Notes under the pieces: model-generated | Database searches by the model: none | What the model was told of the DNA's origin: nothing | What the model saw: the letters and a program-made list of their open reading frames with translations, nothing else | Origin: Spizellomyces punctatus DAOM BR117 | Taxonomy: Eukaryota | Assembly (NCBI GenBank): GCA_000182565.2 | Contig: KQ257463.1 | Length of the DNA: 64,000 nucleotides | Strand: one strand, 5' to 3' | Part shown: positions 1 through 11,067 of the stretch, in pieces | How positions within the stretch are numbered: position 1 is the first letter of the stretch | Layout: every line of letters starts with the position of its first letter | Position numbers and translations under genes: made by a program

Positions 1-735
1 ATGTTCAATGCCAGAATATTCTCCCTCGGTATTTTCACGGATAAGAACCGTGTCAACATCGTCAAAGGGGGTTTTGTAGCCGATGATGGATTTGCAGGGA
101 CGAACGTTGGCAAAGAGGTCAAAAGTCCTGTTGTTGTTTTTCTATTTAGCTTGAATCATCAGAGTGTATACGATAGATACCTACCTGCGGAGAGTCAAGT
201 TCATGGAGACGTGGCCCTTTCCAACGGGAGTGGCAAGAGGCCCCTTCAAAGCGACCTTGTTTTTGTTAATGGAGGTCAGAGCATCATCGGGGATGGTAGT
301 CCGGCCATCCTTCAAAATAGGGTATACATCGACAGATTCCCACACAACAGGAACCTACGGCAAAATTCAAAAGACATGAGGAAACTGTGATAACAAAAAT
401 TACCGTGAGCGGAAAACGTACGCCCTCAGCCTCGAAGATGTTGACGACCGATTTTGAAATTTCGGGACCGATACCGTCGCCAGGGATTAAAGTCACAATC
501 CGCTTTCCATCCTACAAGAATCATAGCATCAATTTGCGCTCATCATGTAAACCCCGGTCTTTGCATACCTGAGTATACGCCCCCTCACCAGCAACAGAGG
601 CAAATCCTCGACGACACAGAGGTGTTGCCTATTTTCATGTTGACATGTTAGCTCTCCGGATAAAAAGCAGATGGCGCATCACCAACGCGCAACTCGTACC
701 TGGCGAGCAGCACGAGCAAAAGCCGTTCTAAACAT
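1..735 (-). CDS. IDH2: NAD-dependent isocitrate dehydrogenase catalytic subunit, mitochondrial; multi-exon, runs off the left edge
   Basis: Spliced minus-strand exons read [11 protein letters not shown] (presequence-like), [49 protein letters not shown] and [15 protein letters not shown], which are IDH/IMDH family motifs closest to fungal Idh2. Confidence 0.9.
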
Positions 736-1801
736 CTTTGCAACGGTACGTTATATATGGATATAGAAACACGGAGGGAAAACGAGGTCGGAGAAAGTAA
801 TGAAATGACAAAGACAAAAAAAAAACCAGTTCCTTCCGTTATCAAAAGCTGCCAGACGGTCCGCAAAGACGAACTTTTGTAAATTCGCGGAAAATGGTGG
901 CAATGGTGATTGGAATGGGTTGGAATGCATCCACAATGAGATGAGGCTCATCCAAAGTTGGGGTGTTCCATAGCACATTACTTACGGAGAAGATGACGCT
1001 GACTCTCCAGATTTGAACGCTGTACTTTCTTAATGTCTAAAGCCATATTCCGCAACTTGTCCGAATCTGTGTTTTCAGTTTCGGGTCGCGGACACGCAGG
1101 TAGTTGACGATCTGAACTAGGAACTTTCATCACGGACTGTTTGGTGCTGCAAACATTTTCCTTCTCAACTTCATTGAATGGGTCTTCCTCAAAAAGGGAA
1201 AAAAGACCAAACACATTGGCAGCCGCTCCTGACCATCAACTCACATTGAAATCACCGCGTTGCCGCTTCGCTATCGTCAGAGTGTCCAAGATATAACGCA
1301 TTTGCGGCTTCCGCTCATGTACCACTTTGTGGCTTTGATTTTTCAAACGCTTGTCCTGTCAACAATTTCGTTATTAGTCCTTGGCTCCCTTTAGCCCAAA
1401 AGGAGACCATATGTACGAGCGATACCACCAAGAGAGGTATGATGTGTAGGGGCCTTCACTGAAATCCCAAAGTCTCAAAGATGCTTTTTGGTTTATTACC
1501 AATTCATCATGCATAATAGAATGCGCAATGCTGACCAAGGGAGTTGGAATATGTTGCAATGCAACCTAGGCAAAAGAAGTATTGTGCAATCTACAGTGCT
1601 ATGGTTCCAGTTTGATGAAGACAGGATAGTGTACAACGCGCACTTGCTATGAGCATTCTTGAGAGTGGTAGTCAGGAGACATGTCATGGCCGGGTCAAAG
1701 CCCATCCGCCGGTATAACTGTCCAAGCCATTCAACAATAGCATCTTGAAACGATGAGCACATTCCAGTATATACAAGAGCAGAGGGGAACATTCCCGTCC
1801 C

Positions 1802-2907
1802 CTAGTCCCGCAAAATAGCCACCCTTTCATCCACGAGGTCCTCCAGTTTCACATCACGCTTTCTATCCGCAATGACTCCAGCCTTTTTCAATACTCGTAC
1901 ACAGTCCAGGATGACTTTCCGGCTCAATTCGCGTGAATTGCGGGGGTACTCTACCGAAGCGAACCACGTCTTGACGTCCTCCTCCGGGAGTTTAAACCGA
2001 TCCGCAACGTACTTGATGGATGAACCCGTTTCGCGGCCCTGGAAAAAGGCTTGGGATTGGGTGGTGATAGCGTCCAACATGCCTCGAAGGGCCTGGGTGG
2101 CGGCCAAGGCCTTGGGGGTGGCGGCAAGGAGGAAAGCAGGCCAGGGAGGTGTGATGTTGGAAAGATGGTGGAGGGTTCCAGAGTCGTAAAAGGGCTACCC
2201 AGTAGGTTCGTTAGACTTGGGAACGCAATTGGGTAACAATGGGGTTGTTTATGTTCACCTTTGTCATGATCCTCTCCCACAAAAACGCATCAACAGTCCC
2301 ATCCCTAACACCCTCCACCAACCCATGAATATTCTTTAACGGCACAAACGAAAAAGGCTCCTTCTCCTCTTCCAACCATCCCAGCTCATCCGCCATCACA
2401 TACGGAATAATGTGACTGCCACTTCCGAAACGCGAGATGCCAATCTTGCAATTCTGAAGCCCCTTCCAGGCTTCCGGACCCGGCGACTCGCGTGGAGTGG
2501 ATGCGTGTGAACCATTCGGAGACGTCGCGATGGACCATGTCAGGGGCGTACTTACGTAGGTTCCAATAAGACGAAACTGTGCATCCGTATTGACGAGACT
2601 GGCCACCAACCCTTCCGTAAGGGCAATGGCCACGTCCAGCTGGCCTGTATTGAGCATATTGACCATCTAATATAAACTACTGTGAGGAATATGGCATTTA
2701 TCACACTGGGTTGTGATGTTTTACCTCGCCAGTCCCTCCAGGACAGCTGATAATCTCCACGTCCAAGCCATGTTGTCCAAACAGCTCATTGGCCACTGCC
2801 TGGTAAACGGGCGACGAAAAATGCTCGGGAACACAACCCAAGCGCACTTTCTCAAGGGTTGTCTGTTCCAGGACGGAACCCATGGTGTTGTCGTCCAGAG
2901 TTTCCAT
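1802..2907 (-). CDS. Type-2 periplasmic-binding-fold protein (SsuA/THI5/NMT1-like, Ca3427-like); 3 exons
   Basis: Exon peptides VRLGCVPEHFSSP, CPGGTGE|MVNMLNTGQLDVAIALTEG, IGISRFGSGSH and DAFLWERIMTK, with GT-AG introns near 2667-2720 and 2210-2257. Confidence 0.75.
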
Positions 2908-3077
2908 CCTATAGATTCCAGACAAGATGGAAAGAGTCTTGTGGTCTCTGAATAGATGTGTTGGCAAGTGAATGGTGTTCAATATCTGTGCCACTCATTT
3001 TGCCTTATTAGGATAGATGAATGACCAATCAACCTTTTGTAAAGCCAGCCAAACGACGGGCATTTTAAACGCAAAAA

Positions 3078-3617
3078 CTAGAGCCTGCCCTCCTTCTCCA
3101 TCTGAATGACAACCTCCAACGGCCTCTCATGAAACTTTACAGAAAATCCTCCAAAGTCGACTTTCAAATCCCTATTGACCGTCTTGCCCATCGCCCTCCA
3201 ATCCCACTTGATATCTGGATACAAAGCAGCAAACTCCTCCAATGACATATTATCCACAACGATTTCAATGTGCTCTAGACCGGATGGGTAAGGGCGTCCT
3301 GGTTTTGGTGACGGGAGTTCCACAACGTCCAAGTGTTGCTGAATGGGATGTGTGCCGTCGACTAGCTTTATAGCATGTTCTGGGTGTAATTTGTAGGTTG
3401 CGATGGGGCGCCCGCCAATGATCCCTTCCGTGAGGACATGTCCAATGGCTTCGAGTTGGGTTTTCAACTCGGTGTACTCTTCTAATGTCCCCGTTCGATA
3501 GCAAATATGGTCAATCTGGTATGTACCGACATGTATTCCAGATGCCTTGAGGGTATCGATGGCCCGTCCGATGAACGGTGGGGCCTCCTTGTTGAGGATC
3601 TGGTCGATGGATGTCAT
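3078..3617 (-). CDS. YecM-like VOC/glyoxalase-superfamily metalloprotein, intronless
   Basis: 179-aa ORF with IDHICYRT, IGGRPIA, VVELPSPK, GLEHIEIV and VKFHERPLEVVI, typical of the YecM family. Confidence 0.8.
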   Translation of the reverse strand: MTSIDQILNKEAPPFIGRAIDTLKASGIHVGTYQIDHICYRTGTLEEYTELKTQLEAIGHVLTEGIIGGRPIATYKLHPEHAIKLVDGTHPIQQHLDVVELPSPKPGRPYPSGLEHIEIVVDNMSLEEFAALYPDIKWDWRAMGKTVNRDLKVDFGGFSVKFHERPLEVVIQMEKEGRL

Positions 3618-3864
3618 TTAAAGGAATTACCCCACACTCTCCACCCAACAAAAAGTGTTCTTCCACGTGACTGGTCACATCGATTGTGATGACATAATCG
3701 GTACGCGCAAGCGCCCTTCCGTTTTGCCTGAATCCCCTACATAAACACTCTTCTGGATGCTTTTTTCCATTTCGCTCCATTGCTTCACGACGACAACCAC
3801 AACAGAAAACTGACATCTTTATTCTTGGTTTACTTTCTTTTTCTCAAGTGAGAGACCTGGCAAT

Positions 3865-4591
3865 ATGACTTCTGCTTCCGACCTATGCGCATCCCTCTAC
3901 TCCTTCCCGACATCCAGTGACACACACACCCTCATTGACGCCGTCATGCTCGAAGGGCAGTTGGCCGCTCGGGATGCCCGACCCGTCCGCCGGGCTCCTG
4001 TCGCTTTTAGTGCTCCCAGCCGCCAAAAGGCGGTACATGGTGATGCTCTGCGCTCCTTGGATGGCCAGGTACAGGAGGTGTACGGTCAGCAGGCGGGAAG
4101 CGAGATGGAGAGTGAACGTTGGGTGAAGGCTGTTGTCAAGGAGGTGAGTCGTGTTGTATAAACTCGGGGTGGAAGCTTGTATTAAATGTGTTTATTGAAA
4201 GGTCCCAACTACCAACCCTCGGACCCAATCCATCCTCAACACGTTGCACAGTTTAACAGCCAGTGGTGCCGTTCCCCATGAAGAAATCATTACACTCCTT
4301 TTAACTGAGGCTAGACGGATTCAATGGGAACAAGCCCAACAGGAAGCATCTTCGTCGGGTACTACCAGGACCAGCACACGTACATCGGGAACATCTTATC
4401 GTCGGATGCATGCGCAGAGAGTTCAACCGGATGTATCCCGTGAGCAGGCAATCATGAAGGAGATGTATGAAAAGGTTACGTCGGCGGGTGCTGCAGATGC
4501 AGAGGGCATGTTGGATGTGTTACTGGCGGAAGCCGTGAGGACGGCAAAGGAAGGCGAACAGAGGCAAAAAGCCGTGTTGGCCAAGCTTTGA
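3865..4591 (+). CDS. Hypothetical protein, 2 exons
   Basis: ORFs 3865-4161 and 4244-4591 can be joined by a GTGAGT...AAAG intron (~4144-4201). No family recognised. Confidence 0.5.
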
Positions 4592-4800
4592 ACTTCAAAT
4601 GTGCTATGTTGACTTTTGATGTACTATATACCTTTTTTTTTCTTGAATATTGTCAATTTGTTTTGTGCTTTTACTTACATATGGTACATGGTTCCGTTAC
4701 CATACCGCATTCCATTTCCGCAATTACAAGGAGATGTCAATATAATTTACATTGGAATATGGAAGCACCTCAACTTTCAAAATAATTGTCGTCAATCTTA

Positions 4801-7800
4801 TCAACGCGGCAGAGTCCACCCACAAGATTCACAAAAAGCCCTAACAACCAAAACACTCTTGATCACACACCCAAACCACGTCCCACCAACCAAAACCCCT
4901 CCACCCAAATCCAATTCTCCTTTTCTCATACCCCACGCCAATAAAACATCACCTTCCCGCACACCAGTCACGTCGCTGACCGCTACACCGCGATTCGTCA
5001 TTCGGGGCGCAAAGGACGTGTACAGTCCTTTGGGTAAATTCGATAGGAAGGGATTGGGAGTTAAATGCGCGGGTGTGGTGGAATGAAGGGCGTGAAAGGT
5101 CGGATGAGAAGCGTACAGGGCTGGGTATGTTCCCAGTAGCAAGGCCAGAGAAGGAGCCGGGGCAACAGGAAGTGGAGTAAGGGCGAGAGATGATATGATT
5201 CGTGATATGGAGACAGCGAGGTCTTGGAGGGAGAGAAAAGTGTCGTAATGAAGGTTATGCGAACGACACCATGCGCGTGGGGTGGGTGTCGTGCGGAATT
5301 GGTGAAGAAGGGTCCCTACACTGAGCACATCCGATGTAGAGTATTTAATCGACGCAGAATGTATCCCAAGACTTTCGTCAATCACAACTCGCTTCCCCAA
5401 TGTCAAATACGCCAATCCACCCACAACAACATTCAAGCATTCTTGTCCCATACGAGCGGCAAAGAGTGCTGCAAGCCCCAACCGGACATCGAGCGGGATA
5501 CGCGACAAAAGTCTCCCAAGTGGTGTAATTTGTTCATTTGCATCGAGGGCGTCCATGGATTGGAGAATGGTGATGGCTTTGCGAGTGTGCTGCGGAGGAG
5601 GTGGGTCAAGACATCCAGCGAGGACCGAGTCGATGGATTCATCGGGAGAGAATAACGCGCATGAACGGATTTTGAGTGCAAGTTCTGTGACAGGTAACAA
5701 GGCCATATCTGGTGGGTCACGCTCTGGTAAAGATTCCCAGCGACGTCGTTCCAAAAGCGCGTACCACGTCCCACTTGAAACACGTCCGGCCCGACCAGCA
5801 CGTTGGCGTCCAGATGCCTTGCAACACAGTCTATCCACCAACCGGGTGCAATCTCTTTTCGGGTCATAGGTGAGACGCCGGTGCAGGAGAGTATCGATGA
5901 CGATCGTGACATCTGGAATAGTGATACCCGTTTCCGCGATATTGGTGGAGAGGATGACTTTTGGCTGTCGTGATCGGAGAAAGAGAGAGGCCTGTGATGA
6001 AGGTGGGAGGGAACTGTGTAGTTCGTGAACGGTAATGTTGGAGAGGTGTGCGAGGCGGCTGGAGAGGGTTCTGATAGCCGCCAGGCCGGGGAGAAAGACA
6101 AGGATGCTGCCAGAGTGGGACGTCGCGGTTAGATGTGCGATGAGATGCTCGAGTAGGTCGTAGTTGGGTTGGGTAAGGGGATACGTCCGAAGAGTGCGGA
6201 GAGCGCGGTGTGTGCGGGGGGAATAAGTTGTTGGCAAGTCCTCACTGTCAGCGTCGCCATCATTGTCCTCCACGTCATCATCTCCATCGAGTGGCTCATT
6301 CCATTCAAAGCGAACCCGAGCCCTTCGTCCCCCGCGACCAGAGATATCGACATACCCCTCTAAGTAACATGAACATCATCGTTAACATACTTCGCGTACC
6401 AAATGTACAATAACAGCGCACGCACCACGTCCTCTGGCCGACCCCCATTCTTCAGCGACAAACCCAGTCTGCTCAATCACGTCCTCCAAAAACAGTTTTT
6501 GGACCTCAAAAGTCCGGCCGGGAACAGTATAGACCGGGACGGGGCCGTACTTGTCAAAATACGCGGCAAACCGTGTCGCATCGGCTGTTGCAGACATTAA
6601 AATGATCCTAAGAAAGTGGGGTTGTCAAAATGGTTTTGTAATCCGTGTGAGAACTGTAACATCCTGGCCGACCCGTCACCCTCATCCTACGAAGCAGTCA
6701 CCACCTTCGGCACGTTTCCCCGCCCGGCGGAGACGATACACACACAGAGTACACGCACTGCATGGCGCCGCTATCCACCCCACAGCTTATTCCCACTCCC
6801 TCTTGAAACAACACTTACCGCAAATCAGTTCGAACTCCCAACAACCGCTCACAAACCCGCACCAAAAAATCACTATCCAATCCCCGTTCATGAACCTCAT
6901 CTACAACAATATGCGTCACATGCTCCAACTGTGCAGTATGTTCCAGCATATTGAGTAAAACGCCCTACGCAAAAAATTGTTAATTCGGATATAACGTGTA
7001 AATATACGGTCGCACATACGAGGGTACAAAACACCAGTCGAGCATTCACCCCCACACGCCGCTCATTTCGGATGTGGTATCCAACCCATGCCTCCCGATT
7101 TCCAAGAGAAGTGTCTCCTATTTCCGCTGAGACGCGGGTGGCAATCGATGTGGCCGAGATACGACGAGGCTACAAACGTTCATGCCATGAGCGGGTAGTT
7201 CGGCGTAGGGACGAGGGAGGACATACCTGTGTACAAATAACATGAACATGTTGACCACGTTCGACAGCATCTTCGACGATGAACTGAGGGATTTGGGTAC
7301 TTTTCCCACTATATCAAAACAACGTTATTTGCCATTCTCGCAACCCACCAAGTCTGGATGCTCACCTCCCAGTCTCACCAGAGACAACAAGCACTCGATG
7401 ACTTTGAATCAACGCCAATATCTCCTGCCGTGCTTTGTAGACAGGTAAACCTTGCCGATCTTTCAATAAGGATATGTACTGTGCCGATTGCTTTCGAGTT
7501 GCCCAGGTGGAGGGTGGTAAACGAGGGCTGGGAGGTGGAGGAGGATCGTCGTGTGTCACGGGTGTGGGAGTAGAGGCATAGGACTAAATACCAACAAGTC
7601 AATATAATCGACCAAAACAGCGGGAAAAAGGCCAAAGTACCTACCCGTAACCGCTCATCCCGAACTCTCCGTAAATCCTCCAAAAACCGCATCCTTCTCT
7701 CCTCACCAACACGGGTTTCAGCCTCCACAGCACGACGCTGCTCAATAGTTAGCACCGCATGTGACAATGCCAATTCCAAACTGTACATACTTCCTCATCC

Positions 7801-9780
7801 TCCATGTTGAGCCAGAGTTCTTTGTATGCAGGTGGGAGGGAGCGATGCAGGGGAAGGTGCGGTGCAAGGCTGTATAGTGCCTTGGTCTACGCAAAAATAT
7901 ATATAAGAGCTATATAACAAAGTCAACAGTGGGAAAATACGCACAGCGACAATCTGTTCAGCGACTTTCCACCCCCCATTTCCAATCTCTATAGTCACCT
8001 CTTCGGGAGGTGTACCGGGGAAGCGGACACTAACTCTCCACCCGTTGTCTGACCGCGTGCGAGAGTATTTAGGTGTGACGGAAAGACGAGATAGGTGGGT
8101 TTGGAGGAGGTCTTTGGGTGTGGAGCCTGTCCAGGTCTTGGGGATGGTATAGGGTGCAGTTTGGAGGACGGCTTGAGGTGTGAAGCGTGTAGGTGATGTG
8201 GGCGATTCGGCCAAGATAGTGTTGAGAATGTCAATTTCAAAGTCTTCGTCTTCTTCCTTATTCTTTTCGTCTGATTTTTCTGTAGTCGGTAATTCTTTGA
8301 CGGATGCAAAAGACTCTGTCACTGCTCTCTTCTTTCTCCCCTCTTCAATCAAGCGTTCCGCTTCACCCCTCACAAACCCCTTGCAAGTCTCCAAGTCCCT
8401 CATCTCCGCAATAACCTTGCGAATCTGTTCTCCAACTGACTTTTGCTCACTTGAGCGACGGTTGGTTTTAGCTTCGGCAGCAGCATCTTTGAGTGCCTCA
8501 AGAGTGAGTGCGAGTGTAGCATAGCGGGGCGTCGGTGCCGGTGGCGGGGTTTCAGTGGACGAATCGTCGTCAGAGTCCTGGAAAGGTGTCAGTAACATGT
8601 GGAGCCGATGGGGATGGATCAACGTACACTCCAATCGCGGTTCAGGATCCATGATTTGACCTCTGAATCGACTGTTGAGGGCTTTGATACAGTGGGACAG
8701 TCTTGCGTGCACGGCTCAAGTACTCCCTTTTCCTCTTCATCATCGTTGCCGGTCCCTAACTAGAAACGGGCATGAGCAAACAATGACACAAAGTATGTAC
8801 ATTCACACTCACGGTCTCATCATCCTGGCCCGTCACTATAACCAACTCAAAATGTCAACATCAATCCAGTTCCAAAGGCATATCGGGACATACCTTGTTC
8901 AGCCGTATCATTACGTGATAGCTCCGCCTCATCGGTACAAACACTCTCACCATCCACATTCGCAATGACCGCATCTAATTCAAATCATCAAAAACGACGA
9001 CCATTAACCAACACATCCAACCAATCTTACCTCGCTCCCCCGTATTCCCATCACCAACCGCCACAAACCTAATCACCGCATCTTTACACAACTAAGCTAC
9101 CAGCCAAACCCTTACGAAAAACAACAAAAGGTCCAACACACCTCTATGCTCGACATTGGCAAACCCATTTGGAAGCTCCTCACTCGGAACCGACAAACAA
9201 ATCTATAAAGATCAGTAGACATTCATTGATCATACTATATATGTTACGGACATACCCACTGCACAATCCCCTCTACGTTTTGTCCACCGACGGCAAGCAT
9301 AGCCTTTTCGATTACGTCAGGAGTGAATCCCAAATGTTGGAGATAGAGATATACAAAATGGAGGCGAATGAGCGAGGTTGGGAGAGTGCTTTCTGGAGCG
9401 AACCAGTCGTGGGTTGTTAGGAAGGAGGTACAGGAGAGGTGGGTAATTAAGGCGTGTTCGAGGGTAGGCGTGAGGTGGAGGGTTGGGAGTCGGCTGGCTA
9501 GGCGCTGACTGGACTTTTCAAGTGTGGAGGACAGTTGCAGGCGGGCGAGACGGGTAGCGGCAGTGTGGTCAGTAGTTGTGGGGTCGCCTTGTTCGTCATT
9601 GCATGGCTTTGCATGGTTCTCCTTGTCATTATCTTCACCCAGTGGTGGTGGTGTTGGTGGCAATGGTGAGTCGCTTTGCGCTACGCTCTCCTGTTCTTGA
9701 ACACCAGCAGTAGGTTTTGGCGCGCTCACTGTTGCGTACCCGCGGACAATGCCCGTCGTCTTTTTCTTTTTCTTTGCCAT
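4801..9780 (-). CDS. DEAH-box RNA helicase (DHX29/DHX57-like), multi-exon
   Basis: Motifs VVSGETG(SGK), IVDEVHER (~6880-6905), [33 protein letters not shown] and HA2 [14 protein letters not shown]. The N-terminus starts MAKKKKKT, followed by a UBA-like segment ([12 protein letters not shown]) and a dsRBD-like segment ([10 protein letters not shown]). Confidence 0.88.
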
Positions 9781-10146
9781 ATTGAAAGCTCTGGCATTCA
9801 CCAGAAGCACCAGCAAGCAGAGATCTGAAGCGTTTCTGCTGAATGACGTGTCATGTTGCGGAGGCAACAAGTGCCATGACAACACAGGCCATATGTCGCG
9901 TCGCGTCATGTCCGAACGTGCCGTCCTCATCGGACAAGCGATCGGATTTACTGGAAAAAATGGAAAAAACATGCCTCTCGACACAAACACACACACAATT
10001 TGCAAAATGAAACAATCTCTTTTTTTTTTTCAAATACACAACATATCGCAAAAAAACATGGTTTGTTATAAAATACGCAAAAGCGCACAGGAGGCCAAAC
10101 ATTAAAATAAAATCCTACAACATTTCTGCAAAACCTAAAGGGCACC

Positions 10147-11067
10147 TTATGCTGTCTGAGCCTTGCTGCTGGGGAAAGTCGACTTCACTTCGGTCCAAGC
10201 CTGTGCAGCAGAGTTCATGTAGTACTTGTCGGCCTCATCGAGTCGCGAGACAATAGAGTTGACAGCGCCCTTTGTGGTGCCAACAACCATGTCGCGGGTG
10301 GCTCCGACAGCATTCACGGTGCGGTCCGCCGTGGTAGTAGTGGTGTTGACGCTCCATTCGAGAGCACTGGATATGGGCCTTGGGAGAACCGCCTTTGCCG
10401 TTTCGATGGGGTGGGTAGCCGCGTTGGCTACCACTTCGTAGGTCTGTTCGGCACGCGAGACAATACCGCCAGGAAGCACCTTTTTAGCAGTAGAGTGGGT
10501 TGTTGCAGTGGTGTAGTTGACAACAGCTACTGTAGTGTCGGCGACCTTGTGAGCAATGTTACCAGCAGTTCCGACAGCGTAGCCTGTCACGCCCGAGACG
10601 GCACCAGCACCGGCGGCCACGACGTTGGCGGTCGTTTGAACGTAGAGCTTGGCGGCCTTGGCAGCGCCACCTACTGTGAGACTTGTCACGGCGCGTGTTG
10701 CGTTGACTCCAGCGTTAACAGTTGCGCGTGCGACACCGACTGTGACACCGGCAGCTTGAGCTGCACCGCGAGAAGCGGTGGAAGCCGCGTTTTGAGCGAC
10801 GGATGCAGCAGATTGCGCAGCCGACTTTGCCTTTCCGACGACAGTTTGAGTTCCCTGTTGCGCCTTTGCGCTCACATCCTGCGTGAATTCTGCAGCTGCA
10901 GCTACCTGAGGGGCAACGGTTTCCTTTGTCTTGTTTGCGTATTCCGTCACGTAAGGACGAGCTCCATTGATAGAGTCTTGAACAGCGCGAGAAGCCTTGT
11001 GCGCTGTGTCCTTGACCTTGTTGACTGTCTCACCGTTAAGGGGAGTGTTGGAAGCGACGGCGCTCAT
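10147..11067 (-). CDS. Ala/Thr/Val-rich amphipathic-repeat protein (perilipin/LEA-like)
   Basis: Long ORF from MSAVASNTP with low-complexity repeats (AQSAASVAQNAASTASRG; VGTAGNIAHKVADTTV). The family call rests on composition only. Confidence 0.5.
   Translation of the reverse strand: MSAVASNTPLNGETVNKVKDTAHKASRAVQDSINGARPYVTEYANKTKETVAPQVAAAAEFTQDVSAKAQQGTQTVVGKAKSAAQSAASVAQNAASTASRGAAQAAGVTVGVARATVNAGVNATRAVTSLTVGGAAKAAKLYVQTTANVVAAGAGAVSGVTGYAVGTAGNIAHKVADTTVAVVNYTTATTHSTAKKVLPGGIVSRAEQTYEVVANAATHPIETAKAVLPRPISSALEWSVNTTTTTADRTVNAVGATRDMVVGTTKGAVNSIVSRLDEADKYYMNSAAQAWTEVKSTFPSSKAQTA

Noticed and set aside
978-1792. Short minus-strand ORFs between IDH2 and the PBP2 gene
   Set aside because: No recognisable domain, and no convincing splice model could be built by eye.
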